This document shows, piece by piece, positions 9,132-19,437 of a stretch of DNA of 57,475 nucleotides. Source of the stretch: Burkholderiaceae bacterium (lineage in GTDB: Bacteria; Pseudomonadota; Gammaproteobacteria; Burkholderiales; Burkholderiaceae_B); NCBI GenBank assembly GCA_029866055.1, contig JARXAG010000119.1:1-57475 (forward strand). The letters run 5' to 3'. Numbering within the stretch: position 1 is the stretch's first letter; the number at the start of each line of letters is the position of its first letter. Under the pieces are notes generated by a model, which was given only the letters and a program-made list of their open reading frames with translations, was not told the DNA's origin and did no database searches. The position numbers and the translations under genes are program-made.

Positions 9132-9550
9132 ATGGCAACAGCCAAAAAAGCAGCAAAGAAAGCCCCTGCCAAGAAAGCCGCAGCTAAGAAAAAGCCAGCA
9201 GCTAAAAAGGCAGTTAAGGCAGTTAAAGCAGTCAAGAAAGTTGTAGCAGCAGCTAAGAAAGTCGTTAAAAAAGCTGTCAAGAAAGTCGCTAAAAAAGCAG
9301 CAGCTAAAAAGCCAGCAGCTAAAAAAGTAGCGGCCAAAAAGCCAGCAGCTAAAAAAGCCGTAAAGAAAGTGGCAAAAAAAGCAGCTCCTAAAAAAGCGGC
9401 AAAAAAGCCTGCAGCAAAAAAAAAATAGTTAAAAAGCCAGCAGCCAAAAAGCCGGCAGCCGCTGCCCCCTCGACAGCAGCAGCACCAGGTGCAAAAACTG
9501 CCCTGAATCCTGCAGCGTCGTGGCCATTCCCTACGGGTGGCCGTCCCTGA
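9132..9550 (+). CDS. Histone H1-like DNA-binding protein (BpH1/HctB-like), split by a -1 frameshift at an A10 run
   Basis: RBS plus ATG 9132; K/A/P-rich PAAKK repeats; frame 0 stops at 9428; the -1 frame continues IVKKPAAKK...ALNPAASWPFPTGGRP to TGA 9550. Confidence 0.88.
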
Positions 9551-9577
9551 GCTTGATAGCGAAGGTTTAGCAAGTTC

Positions 9578-9607
9578 AAACCGTCCGGTTCTCCGGACGG
9601 TTTTTTT
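9578..9607 (+). terminator. Rho-independent terminator
   Basis: AAACCGTCCGG-TTCT-CCGGACGG followed by T7. Confidence 0.92.
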
Positions 9608-9732
9608 ATGCCTGCCCGCACCCGCTCAGCTTGCGCAATCGACGGCAGAAGCTGCGATAATGCTGTTGAGGCGTCGCCTCTTGTTTGTCAGTCATCTCGC
9701 GCTCGCCGCGAGGCATTTACCGGAGCAGCCAC

Positions 9733-10296
9733 ATGCTTGGCGAAGTCCTACGCTTTCTACTAGAAATTGTTTTTTCACTTTTAGGTGCTGCCTTACTGGC
9801 AAGAGCGTGGCTCTATGCAGTCAAGCTGCATCCCTTTAACCCAATGTCGCAGGCGATACACCAAGCGACTAACTGGTTGGTTCAACCACTACGAAGCATC
9901 GTCCCGTCGGGTAAGGGTTTCGATGGCGCCAGTTTGGTCAGCGCATATTTGATTGCAGTCGTTTTTCTATCGCTGTTATGGCTAGCCGCTACGGGTAGCG
10001 TACCTAGCCCCAAGCTCATCCCAAGCTTACTGGGGGCCGCCTTGGTCACCGTTGCGCGCTGGGCGTTAAACCTAATCGTCTGGCTCACCCTGATCCACGC
10101 CGTCCTATCATGGATTAATCCACTGGCACCCATCATGCCCGTGCTACGTACCTTAACGGCTCCTCTGCTTGAGCCGATTAAACGGATCATGCCCAACCTG
10201 GGCGGCCTTGATCTCTCGCCTCTCGTCCTGTTGGTCTTGGCTCAAGTCGCGTTGATGATCTTAAATCGCATCAGCTTTTCATTAATTGGGATTTGA
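9733..10296 (+). CDS. yggT: YggT family membrane protein
   Basis: Two YGGT repeats (FNP..T.WLVQPLR; LSWINP..TAPLLEPIKR..GGLDLSP); GGAG before ATG 9733. Confidence 0.9.
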   Translation: MLGEVLRFLLEIVFSLLGAALLARAWLYAVKLHPFNPMSQAIHQATNWLVQPLRSIVPSGKGFDGASLVSAYLIAVVFLSLLWLAATGSVPSPKLIPSLLGAALVTVARWALNLIVWLTLIHAVLSWINPLAPIMPVLRTLTAPLLEPIKRIMPNLGGLDLSPLVLLVLAQVALMILNRISFSLIGI

Positions 10297-12746
10297 CTGT
10301 GCGGGTAAACGTGCCGAACCAATGCACGGCGGTGACTTCAACGCGTGAGCGCTCTATACGGTTTCTCACAGCCTTGACAACTGCATTCATTTTGTGGGGT
10401 TCAACAGCCCCACTCGGCCACACCCAGATCTTACCAACAACACCGCTATCCCCGACCTTAACTCCCTCGGTCAGCCTACCAAAAAATTCGGTTACGAGTC
10501 CCGCCCCTCAGGTCGCTGAGCGAAATGCCTCTGACATTGATGCACAACAGCTAGAGATGCAAACCCGCTTGGCTGCGACCCAAGCCGATTTGGTCAAAGC
10601 ACAAAATGCCTTTAGAGAGGTCAGTACACTTGACCCTAGCGCCCAAGCTCTAGCCAAAGAGCGCCTCGAAGACCTCTCGCACCAAAGCGATGCGTATACG
10701 CAGATTATTGATAACCTCAAAAATTTACGCCGTTTAAGCAACAAACTCGAAAATGCCCGCAAAGAAAAACTTGCTTGGAAGCCCCCTGCTGGCGTCGCCC
10801 CTTGGCCACTCTCGGTAGGCGATGATTTACAGTTTGAGATCTTGCGCACGCAATCGCAAATTCAATATTTAGCGCAACGCCGTGCAATTATTGATGAGCA
10901 GCTATCTGAACTCAAAAAAACACGCGCCACTGTCGAAGCCGAGTTGCGCCAAGGCACTCAAAAATCGCAGGGGCTCACAGCGCTAGGCACCCAGAACAAC
11001 AAACTACAAAGTGTCAATGAGCGTCGTCTAGTTCGCATCAACCTCGAGCTCGTCAATTTTTCAGTTGATAGCGATACCATTCTTGTCGAGCAACGCACCT
11101 CAACACTTTTGCTGGCTTCGCTCAAGCAAACCTGGGAGTTCTACCAACACCGCTTTAGCTTTTCGACTGACGACTTCAAAAAGATTAGTCAGGATATTGA
11201 AAAAACAATCGAACAGCTCCGCCTCAAAGAGCAACAAGCCAGCAATCGCATTAATCGAACACTCGAACAAGCCGCCCTGGCCAAAGCTCAACTCGATAAA
11301 CTTGAGACGACTCCCAATGTGGGTGCCGAGTTAGTTGTTGCTGCACGCCGAAGCTGGCGTACCGCAGATGTGATGGCCGAAGCAGCTCTGATTGAGCGTG
11401 AAAAATATCGAACCCAGATTGACTTAAATCTTCTTTCCCTACAGTTTTGGGAGATTCGTCAAAAACTGTATTCAAACACTGATATCGCAAGTGACCTTGG
11501 CGACATGACCCTTCGCCAGCAAACCCTCGCCAAGCAACTTGCTCAAGGGTCGGCCTATCTGACACAAATCATCAGCGATAAAGCACAAGCCGCGTTCGAT
11601 CTCACGACACAACTTCAACAAGCCACTGACCCTGCAGAAAAAGCCTTTTTGAATGGGTTGCTTGCCCCAATTTCTCAGCAAATTGACACAACGCGTAGCC
11701 TGTATGTCTTAATTGGCCGTATGCATCAATATCTGCAGATTGTGAAAGCGGAACTCGACTATGCCGACACGAACAAGACCTTAATTCAACGGATTGAGGC
11801 GGCCCGCACCGTCGTGGTAGACCTGAGCAAAAGCATCTGGAATTACGAGCTCTTTGTGATCGATGATTCGGTGGTGGTCGATGGTCGCGAGATTAAAACC
11901 AAACGTGGCATCACAATTGGGAAAACAGCCGGTGCCATCATCATTTTGGTTTTTGGCTTTAGCCTGATCTCTGGTTTAATCCGTCGCACCCTGACACTCG
12001 CGGTCAACAAGGCCAACCTTGGGCTGACTAAGTCGGTTGTATGGGGACGTTGGCTCACATTGATTGCGGGCTTCACGCTCATTGTGACTGCCTTGAATCT
12101 TGTGGATATTCCACTCAGTGCCTTTGCTTTTCTGGGTGGCGCGCTAGCAATTGGGGTTGGTTTTGGCACGCAAAATGTTTTAAAAAATCTGATCAGCGGT
12201 GTCATGCTTTTGGTTGAAAAACCAATTCGCATTGGTGATCTGGTTGAAATCGACAACACTGTCGGTACAGTCACCTCGATCGGCATGCGCTTTTCAACCG
12301 TTCATGGCCCACAGGGCAATGACATCCTGATACCAAATAGTGTCTTGGTTGAACAAAAACTGATTAACTGGACATACTCAACACCAAGCGCTCGCAAAGA
12401 TGTACGTGTCACGGTGGGCTATCGCTCAAACGTTGATACCGTTCGCGAGATTCTTTTTGCGGCAAGCAAAGAGAATCCACAGGTGCTAGGCACACCCGCC
12501 CCCCTCGTTACCTTAGAAGACTTTGGCGACAACGGGCTCGTATTCAACTTGCGCTTTTGGGTCTCTCTGCAATCTGACATCCCAGCCAATGAGATACAAA
12601 GCGATCTGCGGATCAGAATTCTTCAGGCATTTGAACAAGCCGGAATTGAATTACCGTTTCCGCAACGCACTTTGATGTTTGATCAAGAGAGCCCTTTGTC
12701 TGTGCAACTTCAAACGAGCATACCGGCCAAGCCAAGCACATCTTGA
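10293..12746 (+). CDS. Large MscS-family mechanosensitive channel with long coiled-coil periplasmic domain
   Basis: GGALAIGVGFGTQN..NLISG..EKPIRIGD, IPNS, INWT, ELPFPQR; start uncertain. Confidence 0.88.
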   Translation: MTVRVNVPNQCTAVTSTRERSIRFLTALTTAFILWGSTAPLGHTQILPTTPLSPTLTPSVSLPKNSVTSPAPQVAERNASDIDAQQLEMQTRLAATQADLVKAQNAFREVSTLDPSAQALAKERLEDLSHQSDAYTQIIDNLKNLRRLSNKLENARKEKLAWKPPAGVAPWPLSVGDDLQFEILRTQSQIQYLAQRRAIIDEQLSELKKTRATVEAELRQGTQKSQGLTALGTQNNKLQSVNERRLVRINLELVNFSVDSDTILVEQRTSTLLLASLKQTWEFYQHRFSFSTDDFKKISQDIEKTIEQLRLKEQQASNRINRTLEQAALAKAQLDKLETTPNVGAELVVAARRSWRTADVMAEAALIEREKYRTQIDLNLLSLQFWEIRQKLYSNTDIASDLGDMTLRQQTLAKQLAQGSAYLTQIISDKAQAAFDLTTQLQQATDPAEKAFLNGLLAPISQQIDTTRSLYVLIGRMHQYLQIVKAELDYADTNKTLIQRIEAARTVVVDLSKSIWNYELFVIDDSVVVDGREIKTKRGITIGKTAGAIIILVFGFSLISGLIRRTLTLAVNKANLGLTKSVVWGRWLTLIAGFTLIVTALNLVDIPLSAFAFLGGALAIGVGFGTQNVLKNLISGVMLLVEKPIRIGDLVEIDNTVGTVTSIGMRFSTVHGPQGNDILIPNSVLVEQKLINWTYSTPSARKDVRVTVGYRSNVDTVREILFAASKENPQVLGTPAPLVTLEDFGDNGLVFNLRFWVSLQSDIPANEIQSDLRIRILQAFEQAGIELPFPQRTLMFDQESPLSVQLQTSIPAKPSTS

Positions 12747-12765
12747 TATCAGGCCGCTCTCAATC

Positions 12766-13272
12766 CTACTGACCAGACATCGGTGTGACCCGTGTTGGGC
12801 CCGCGCCGCTCACGACCTGCACCCGCTGATTCAGCACTAAGGGCACATCCGCTTCTTGAGCAATCACGCGCGTCTCGCCATTGTCTAACCGAACGGTAAT
12901 TTCAAGGCCATCTTTTTTACCGACTCGGTCTTCTACGGCATCACCGGCCAACGCACCCAAGATGGCACCCCCTAGTACTGCCAGCGTGCGCCCGGTGCCA
13001 CCACCAACGGTACTACCGACCACGCCACCCACCGCACCACCAGCAACCATACCAGCGCCTGAAGTGCGATCATTTTGAATCGTGATCGGGCGAACATTCA
13101 CGATAGTGCCGTTGCGCACGACTTGATCGCGTTGCGCTTGCCCGTAGGTATAGACGTTGGCCGACGCGCTTGGCTTGGCGCAACCAGACACCAAGGCAAC
13201 ACTGGCGAGCAGCGTAACACCGAGCGCCAAGCGGACATTGGCTTTGGACACAACGCAAATAACTGAATTCAT
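12766..13272 (-). CDS. Glycine-zipper 2TM outer-membrane lipoprotein (SlyB/Pcp-like)
   Basis: Lipobox VSGC; GGAVGGVVGSTVGGG glycine zipper; GLEITVRLDNG. Confidence 0.88.
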   Translation of the reverse strand: MNSVICVVSKANVRLALGVTLLASVALVSGCAKPSASANVYTYGQAQRDQVVRNGTIVNVRPITIQNDRTSGAGMVAGGAVGGVVGSTVGGGTGRTLAVLGGAILGALAGDAVEDRVGKKDGLEITVRLDNGETRVIAQEADVPLVLNQRVQVVSGAGPTRVTPMSGQ

Positions 13273-13297
13273 AACAAACTCCAAAAAATTTCAATAC

Positions 13298-14239
13298 CTA
13301 GCCTGGTAAGTGGCTACCGTAGTGAGCGTGCAACAGTGCGTCGATTTCAGCTCGCGAAGGCGCGTGGTTTTGCGGCCCACGTGACGCAATTTTAATTGAA
13401 CCCATCAAGTTGCCAAGCTTACAGGCCTCGATCCAAGTCCAGCCCAGCGTCAACGCATAGAGCAGGCCGCCTCGATGCGCATCGCCACAGCCTGTTGGGT
13501 CAAGTACTGCAGCAGGAATCACTGGAGCAATGTGATGCTCTTGCCCCTCAGTGTAAAGGGTTGCGCCGCCGGCCCCACGCGTGACGACCACCGCCTGCAA
13601 AGTCTTTGCCAGTTGCGCCACTGTTTGACCGGTACGTTGCTCAACCACACTCGCTTCATAATCATTCACAGTCAGTGCCTGCGCCAAAGCAACCATTTCT
13701 AAGATATCTTTTCCGTCGAATAACGGCATCGCCTGACCCAGATCAAAAATGAACGGCGTCCCTTGAGCCTGCAGTCGCTTTGCATGCGCCATCATGCCAG
13801 CCTTAGAGTCAGGTGCAACAATCGCCCAAGCGGCTTGTTGCCCGGTTAAATCATTGTCAGCAGAACGGTCCATGGCACCTGGATGAAACGCTGTGATTTG
13901 ATTGTCATCCAGATCAGTCGTGATGAAGCATTGCGCAGTCAAGGTGTCGGGCAAACTCTGGATCATGCTCGTGTTGATGCCGAATTGCTCAAAACGTTGC
14001 AGATAGTCAGTCGCGTCTTCGCCCACTGTTGCGACAGGTACCGGATTACCACCAAGCAACTTCAAATTGTAGGCAATGTTGCCTGCACAGCCACCAAATT
14101 CACGGCGCATTCTGGGTACCAAAAATGACACACTTAACGCGTGAATACGATCAGGCAAAATATGATCTTTAAAACGACCATCAAACACAGCAATTGTGTC
14201 AAAGGCCACTGAACCACAAATCAATACCGGCTTAGTCAT
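13298..14239 (-). CDS. PfkB-family carbohydrate/nucleoside kinase
   Basis: GSVAFD, GGCAGN, DPTGCGDA. Confidence 0.88.
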   Translation of the reverse strand: MTKPVLICGSVAFDTIAVFDGRFKDHILPDRIHALSVSFLVPRMRREFGGCAGNIAYNLKLLGGNPVPVATVGEDATDYLQRFEQFGINTSMIQSLPDTLTAQCFITTDLDDNQITAFHPGAMDRSADNDLTGQQAAWAIVAPDSKAGMMAHAKRLQAQGTPFIFDLGQAMPLFDGKDILEMVALAQALTVNDYEASVVEQRTGQTVAQLAKTLQAVVVTRGAGGATLYTEGQEHHIAPVIPAAVLDPTGCGDAHRGGLLYALTLGWTWIEACKLGNLMGSIKIASRGPQNHAPSRAEIDALLHAHYGSHLPG

Positions 14240-14248
14240 ACTAGTCTC

Positions 14249-15346
14249 TTAGGGAAAAAATCGATTGAGGTGAGCACTGCTGATCTGTAAACCGTTAACA
14301 ACGACCGGCACGCTGAGATGCACTTCTTGGTTCGGGCCAAACGGTTTGGCAACCAAAGATTCGGGCAAATACAACTCAGGGGCGAGGACCTTTCTGATCA
14401 CTGGTGTGCCCGATTCATCTTTGAGCTCGACTGAAAGATGTGGCCAGGGTTGAATCTTGTCGAAACGATTACGCATTGAAAACTTAAGCGTCAGGTTGCT
14501 TGACTGACCTTCGGTTTGGCCTGCAGCAGGTTGTTCGAGTGCAATGGGGGTGACCGAAATCCGCTCAAGGTGTCGCGCAAACGAGACTTCGCATCTTAAC
14601 TGAACGCAAGCCGCGCGCGCCATTGGCAGCAAACTTGGCATACGCGTCACTAACTCGTTGCGATAGACATAAGCCAACTGCATCAATAACACTGACCCAG
14701 CCAACAGCACCATGACGAACCAAAGTCCGCGACGCAAGCCGTCCAAAGGGGTCTCGTCAATTAAAAAGTCTGGCGTGCCGCGTCCTGCTGATGAGCGGTT
14801 CTCACCTCGCCACCTTGCCTCACCTTGCACTCGAAGGGCCGCCCCGCGCTCAAGTGCTGGCTCAAGACCAAGTGTCGGCTCAACACCAAGTGTTGGCTCG
14901 CGCTCACGCGCCGGCGCTTGATAAAAAAAGGGTTCTGGCTGTAATGCTGCCAGGGGCTCTTGCGGTTCACGCTCAAGCTCGACGCCGGTTTGCGCTCGAC
15001 GCCGCAGCACCGATGGAGCACTGAGTTCTTGCGCAGGCCCTCGAGCTGATAACCGGTGAGGCACACGGTTCGCCCCAGTCTCACGTTCAGCACTGAGTGC
15101 ACGCCGCACAGACGGGCTGGGCTCTTGCTCGATGCCTTGAGAAGGAGCAAGCAACGGTGGAGCCGACGTTTCGTTCACATTGACCGCGCGCTGCGTTAAC
15201 ACCGGCAGCTGACTTTCGAGGGTCGCATGCCCATCAAAAATATGCGTGCAATTGCCGCACCTGACTAGCCCCTCATGCACGCGCAATTGCTCAAGCGACA
15301 CCATAAAGTCGCTTTGGCACTTTGGACAACGCGTGACAAGACTCAT
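14249..15346 (-). CDS. Zinc-ribbon and DUF3426 domain protein
   Basis: N-terminal CPKC..VRCGNC, low-complexity linker, one TM segment, QPWPHLSVEL.D; follows prmA as usual. Confidence 0.85.
   Translation of the reverse strand: MSLVTRCPKCQSDFMVSLEQLRVHEGLVRCGNCTHIFDGHATLESQLPVLTQRAVNVNETSAPPLLAPSQGIEQEPSPSVRRALSAERETGANRVPHRLSARGPAQELSAPSVLRRRAQTGVELEREPQEPLAALQPEPFFYQAPAREREPTLGVEPTLGLEPALERGAALRVQGEARWRGENRSSAGRGTPDFLIDETPLDGLRRGLWFVMVLLAGSVLLMQLAYVYRNELVTRMPSLLPMARAACVQLRCEVSFARHLERISVTPIALEQPAAGQTEGQSSNLTLKFSMRNRFDKIQPWPHLSVELKDESGTPVIRKVLAPELYLPESLVAKPFGPNQEVHLSVPVVVNGLQISSAHLNRFFP
14851..14899. repeat. 18-bp tandem repeat, about 2.7 copies, encoding EPTLG(V/L)
   Basis: CAAGTGCTGGCTCAAGAC CAAGTGTCGGCTCAACAC CAAGTGTTGGCTC. 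Confidence 0.8.
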
Positions 15347-15397
15347 TCAATCGCCTCAGAAATCGACGTCAACATTTAAAAACAAGCACGGCTCGTG

Positions 15398-16300
15398 TCA
15401 GGGTTTTTTACCCGCCAAACACACCCAGCCATCGCGTGCCTGCCAGACCGTCAGCGGCAACCAAGGCGCGTACGCGGCAGCGACCTCTTGTGCCTGTCGC
15501 TCAAGGACTCCTGACAAAATCAATTGTCCACCCGAACGCACACGACCTGCAAGCATTGGCGCGAGAACTTTAAGCGGATTAGACAAAATATTGGCCACAA
15601 CCACATCAAAATGTCCGTCAGACAAGTCGTCAGGTAACATTGACTGCACCTCAACACTGTTGGTCAGCGCATTGTCGCGTGTTGCCTGCACAGCCTGCTC
15701 ATCGATATCCACACCGGTCACTCGACCGGCACCTAGCAACACGGCGGCAATCGCCAAAATGCCCGAGCCACAGCCATAATCCAACACCGTAGCATCCTTG
15801 GGCAACTCGTCAGCCAACCACTCTAAACAAAGGTGCGTAGTGGGATGACTGCCTGTACCAAAGGCTAAGCCAGGATCAAGCTGAATCGCAATCCGACGAG
15901 GCTCGGGCTTCACCGGCATTTGATCAGCATGCCAGCTCGGCACAATCAGGATTCGAGTGCCTACCGTGATTGGGCCAAACTGCGATTGTGTCAGACGTAC
16001 CCAGTCTGCATCCGGCACTTGTCGCAGGTGCCAAGGCAGCTCTGAAGTGTTATCAAGATCGAGACGCGCTGCCGCAAGCAATTGCTCGGGGTCGGTGCCG
16101 TCGGCCAGCAAGACGATGACTCGATTACGACTCCAGGCTTGCGTATTAGGTTCACTGCCGGGTTCGCCAAACAAGGGTTGCTCGTCATCGGTGTCCGAGT
16201 CGGCGTCTTCAACTGACACCGACAGCGCCCCACATTCGAGTAAAGCGTCAGACAACGGTTCAGCCAAGGCACCCGGACACAACAACACCAATTCACGCAT
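15398..16300 (-). CDS. prmA: Ribosomal protein L11 methyltransferase
   Basis: LDPGLAFGTGSHPTT, LDYGCGSGILAI, VANIL. Confidence 0.96.
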   Translation of the reverse strand: MRELVLLCPGALAEPLSDALLECGALSVSVEDADSDTDDEQPLFGEPGSEPNTQAWSRNRVIVLLADGTDPEQLLAAARLDLDNTSELPWHLRQVPDADWVRLTQSQFGPITVGTRILIVPSWHADQMPVKPEPRRIAIQLDPGLAFGTGSHPTTHLCLEWLADELPKDATVLDYGCGSGILAIAAVLLGAGRVTGVDIDEQAVQATRDNALTNSVEVQSMLPDDLSDGHFDVVVANILSNPLKVLAPMLAGRVRSGGQLILSGVLERQAQEVAAAYAPWLPLTVWQARDGWVCLAGKKP

Positions 16301-16402
16301 GAGAGTTTCCGTTAGCGAGACGCTAAAAATCTATGTGACTTGACAACGACCTTTTGGGAGCCCTGCGCGAAGCGACTCGAAAAATCGTTCAGCAAGGCAC
16401 CT

Positions 16403-17749
16403 TCAAGGTCGGGCGGCAAGCTTATGTTCAAGGTAATGAATACTTGTGCCACCGGCCATAAAGCGACTGTCAGCCATCAAGTCGCGATGCAAAGGTATGT
16501 TGGTTTTAATCCCCTCAACAACCATCTCGGATAACGCAATGCTCATACGCGCGACGGCCTGCTCGCGGGTATCGCCATAGGTGATCACTTTCGCAATCAT
16601 CGAGTCGTAATGAGGGGGCACAAAATAACCGTTGAATACATGCGAATCGATGCGTACACCAGGGCCGCCAGGCGTATGCCAGTTTGTGACGCGCCCTGGG
16701 CTCGGCACAAAGGTAAACGGATCTTCAGCGTTAATGCGACACTCAAGAGCGTGACCTTTAAAATTGATGTCACGCTGACGTAAAGTAAATTTTTCGCCAG
16801 CGGCCACACGAATCTGCTGTTGCACCAGATCAATGCCAGTGATCAGTTCAGTCACGGGATGCTCAACTTGGATGCGGGTGTTCATCTCGATGAAATAAAA
16901 CTCATCGTTTTCGTACAAAAATTCAAAGGTTCCGGCACCACGATATTGCATTTTGCGGCACGCCTCGGCGCAACGCTCGCCAATCCGTTCGATCAATTTT
17001 CGGGCAATGCCAGGGGCCGGAGCCTCTTCGATCACTTTTTGATGGCGACGCTGCATCGAACAATCGCGCTCGCCCAACCAGACTGCGTTGCGCCCCCCGT
17101 CTGCCAACACTTGAATTTCGATGTGGCGCGGATTTTCAAGAAACTTTTCGAGGTAGACCTCAGGGTTGTTAAACGCCGCGCCCGCCTCAGATTTAGTCAT
17201 TGCCACCGAACTGAGCAAAGCGGCCTCAGTGTGCACCACACGCATGCCTCGACCACCACCACCACCTGCCGCCTTGATGATGACTGGGTAGCCGACCTCA
17301 GAGGCCAGACGAAGAATTTCAGCAGGGTCCTCGGGTAACGCACCCGGCGAACCAGGCACGACCGGCACGCCAGCTTCGATCATGGCTTGCTTGGCACTGA
17401 CCTTGTCACCCATTAGACGAATTGACTCTGGGCGCGGTCCAATAAATACGAAACCACTTTTCTCAACGCGGTCGGCAAAATCAGCGTTTTCAGATAAAAA
17501 GCCGTAGCCTGGATGAATGGCTTCGGCATCGGTGACTTCGGCCGCAGCAATAATGGCTGGCATATTCAAGTAACTATCGCGTGACGCAGCCGGGCCAATA
17601 CATACGGACTCGTCGGCAAGTCGCACATACTTTGCCTCGCGATCGGCCTCAGAATGCACAACGACCGTTTTGATACCCATTTCGCGACAAGCGCGTTGGA
17701 TACGCAGCGCAATTTCGCCACGGTTGGCGATCAGAATCTTTTCAAACAT
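16403..17749 (-). CDS. accC: Acetyl-CoA carboxylase biotin carboxylase
   Basis: [47 protein letters not shown]. Confidence 0.97.
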   Translation of the reverse strand: MFEKILIANRGEIALRIQRACREMGIKTVVVHSEADREAKYVRLADESVCIGPAASRDSYLNMPAIIAAAEVTDAEAIHPGYGFLSENADFADRVEKSGFVFIGPRPESIRLMGDKVSAKQAMIEAGVPVVPGSPGALPEDPAEILRLASEVGYPVIIKAAGGGGGRGMRVVHTEAALLSSVAMTKSEAGAAFNNPEVYLEKFLENPRHIEIQVLADGGRNAVWLGERDCSMQRRHQKVIEEAPAPGIARKLIERIGERCAEACRKMQYRGAGTFEFLYENDEFYFIEMNTRIQVEHPVTELITGIDLVQQQIRVAAGEKFTLRQRDINFKGHALECRINAEDPFTFVPSPGRVTNWHTPGGPGVRIDSHVFNGYFVPPHYDSMIAKVITYGDTREQAVARMSIALSEMVVEGIKTNIPLHRDLMADSRFMAGGTSIHYLEHKLAARP

Positions 17750-17750
17750 G

Positions 17751-18209
17751 TCAGACGATCACAAAAAGCGGTTGACCGTACTCAACGGGTTCGCCGTTTT
17801 CGACCAGAATCTCGGTGATCACGCCAGACTTGTCCGCCTCAATCTCGTTCAAGAGCTTCATTGCCTCAATAATGCATAGGGGCTCGCCTTCTTTGACTGT
17901 TTGCCCAACTTCGACAAACACTGGAGAGCCCGGATTGGCGGCGCGATAAAAGGTGCCAACCATCGGAGCCTTGACGGTATGCCCAGCGGCAACGGGAGCC
18001 GCTTCGGGGGCTGCATGACTTGAAACGCCTGCAGCAGGCGCTGCGGGCGCGTAGCCTGGAGCCGCGACCGGCGCAGCATAGGCAACCGGTTGTTGCGCCT
18101 GCGAGAACTTCACGATGCGGACCTTGCCTTCGCCCTCAGTGATTTCGAGCTCGGCGATGCCAGATTCTGACACAAGGTCGATCAAGGTTTTGAGTTTTCT
18201 GAGATCCAT
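17751..18209 (-). CDS. accB: Biotin carboxyl carrier protein
   Basis: MDLRKLK N-terminus, [12 protein letters not shown] biotinyl-Lys. Confidence 0.97.
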   Translation of the reverse strand: MDLRKLKTLIDLVSESGIAELEITEGEGKVRIVKFSQAQQPVAYAAPVAAPGYAPAAPAAGVSSHAAPEAAPVAAGHTVKAPMVGTFYRAANPGSPVFVEVGQTVKEGEPLCIIEAMKLLNEIEADKSGVITEILVENGEPVEYGQPLFVIV

Positions 18210-18260
18210 AATGATATTTCCGTAAAGTTCTAAATTGAACGGCTTTGGGCCGGATAGGCC

Positions 18261-18707
18261 TTAAACCGTTTGCGAAGACTGCACGGCAAACCGAACAGCA
18301 GCTTCGTACCCATAGGGGCCTAAACCCACAATAACCCCCACCGCTAACTCAGACAAGTAAGAGTGATGGCGAAAAGTTTCGCGTTTATAAACGTTTGAAA
18401 GATGCACTTCAATAAAGGATATTTTGACCGCAGCCAAGGCGTCACGAATCGCCACGCTCGTATGTGTATAAGCACCTGCGTTAATCACAATAAAGTCAGT
18501 GCCGTCAGTCCGTGCCGCCTGGATGCGGTCTACCAATTCGCCTTCATGGTTGCTTTGATAGGCCGTGAGCGTGGCACCCAGACCGCTTGCCAACGATACG
18601 AGATGGGCCTCAATTTGTGCCAAGGTCGTGTGGCCATAAAGATGCGGCTCGCGTAACCCTAGCAAGTTCAAGTTCGGACCATTCAGGACAAGAAGGCGTT
18701 GTGCCAT
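18261..18707 (-). CDS. aroQ: Type II 3-dehydroquinate dehydratase
   Basis: [25 protein letters not shown]. Confidence 0.96.
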   Translation of the reverse strand: MAQRLLVLNGPNLNLLGLREPHLYGHTTLAQIEAHLVSLASGLGATLTAYQSNHEGELVDRIQAARTDGTDFIVINAGAYTHTSVAIRDALAAVKISFIEVHLSNVYKRETFRHHSYLSELAVGVIVGLGPYGYEAAVRFAVQSSQTV

Positions 18708-18813
18708 GCGAGGGGCTCGTGTGAGGGATGCCGAGTTAAACGACAAAGAGTCGAAAACCAAAAAACCAACTAAACAGAGCGCATTTTTACGCTAATTGCT
18801 GTGATTTGTCTAT

Positions 18814-19389
18814 CTACGTCTTCGATTTGGTAACTAGACGATCAATGCGCTGCCGCAGATCATTGGGCTCAACTTGACCAAGAATTGAGTCGAAAATGCT
18901 GCCATTTGCATCGAATAGCAGGGTAAAAGGCAAACCACCCGCACTATTGCCTAACTCGCGAACCATGGCGATCCCAGCATGGCCAGCAATAAGAAGTTGG
19001 TACGATACCGGTATTTTAGCAACAAATTGAGCGATGTTTTGCGCTGTATCGATACCAATGCCAACAAATTTTATTTCGGGTAATTCTTTCGCCATGCTCT
19101 CAAGATGCGGCATCTCTTGAACGCAAGGCGCACACCACGTGGCCCAAAAATTCACCACAAGAGGTCGACCTTTTAAAGTACTGAGCGAAAACTCTTGGCC
19201 ATCAAGACCTGGCAAACGCGCGCCGTACAGCGCCAAGGGGTTGGCGCCCACCCGCGCAAGCTCAGATGAAGGCCCCACCGCGCGGTTCGCGGCCGGCGCC
19301 GAACGCGACGAGGCACGCCACGCCGCCCAGCCTGATACTGCCATCGCAGCTAAGCCGCCCACACCCAGCAAAACAGTTCGTCGTTTCAT
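18814..19389 (-). CDS. TlpA-family thioredoxin-like disulfide reductase
   Basis: VNFWATWCAPC; N-terminal membrane anchor. Confidence 0.9.
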   Translation of the reverse strand: MKRRTVLLGVGGLAAMAVSGWAAWRASSRSAPAANRAVGPSSELARVGANPLALYGARLPGLDGQEFSLSTLKGRPLVVNFWATWCAPCVQEMPHLESMAKELPEIKFVGIGIDTAQNIAQFVAKIPVSYQLLIAGHAGIAMVRELGNSAGGLPFTLLFDANGSIFDSILGQVEPNDLRQRIDRLVTKSKT

Positions 19390-19437
19390 AGCTTGCATCA
19401 TACCGTCTCACTCTACAATGATGCGGGGAGAATTTTC

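Noticed and set aside
8975-9337. 120-aa antisense ORF (AAGFLAAAFL repeats)
   Set aside because: Shadow of the Lys/Ala repeats of the histone H1-like gene
9140-9460. Repeated GCAGCTAAAAAG units as a CRISPR or non-coding repeat
   Set aside because: In-frame PAAKK coding repeats without unique spacers; no cas genes in the window
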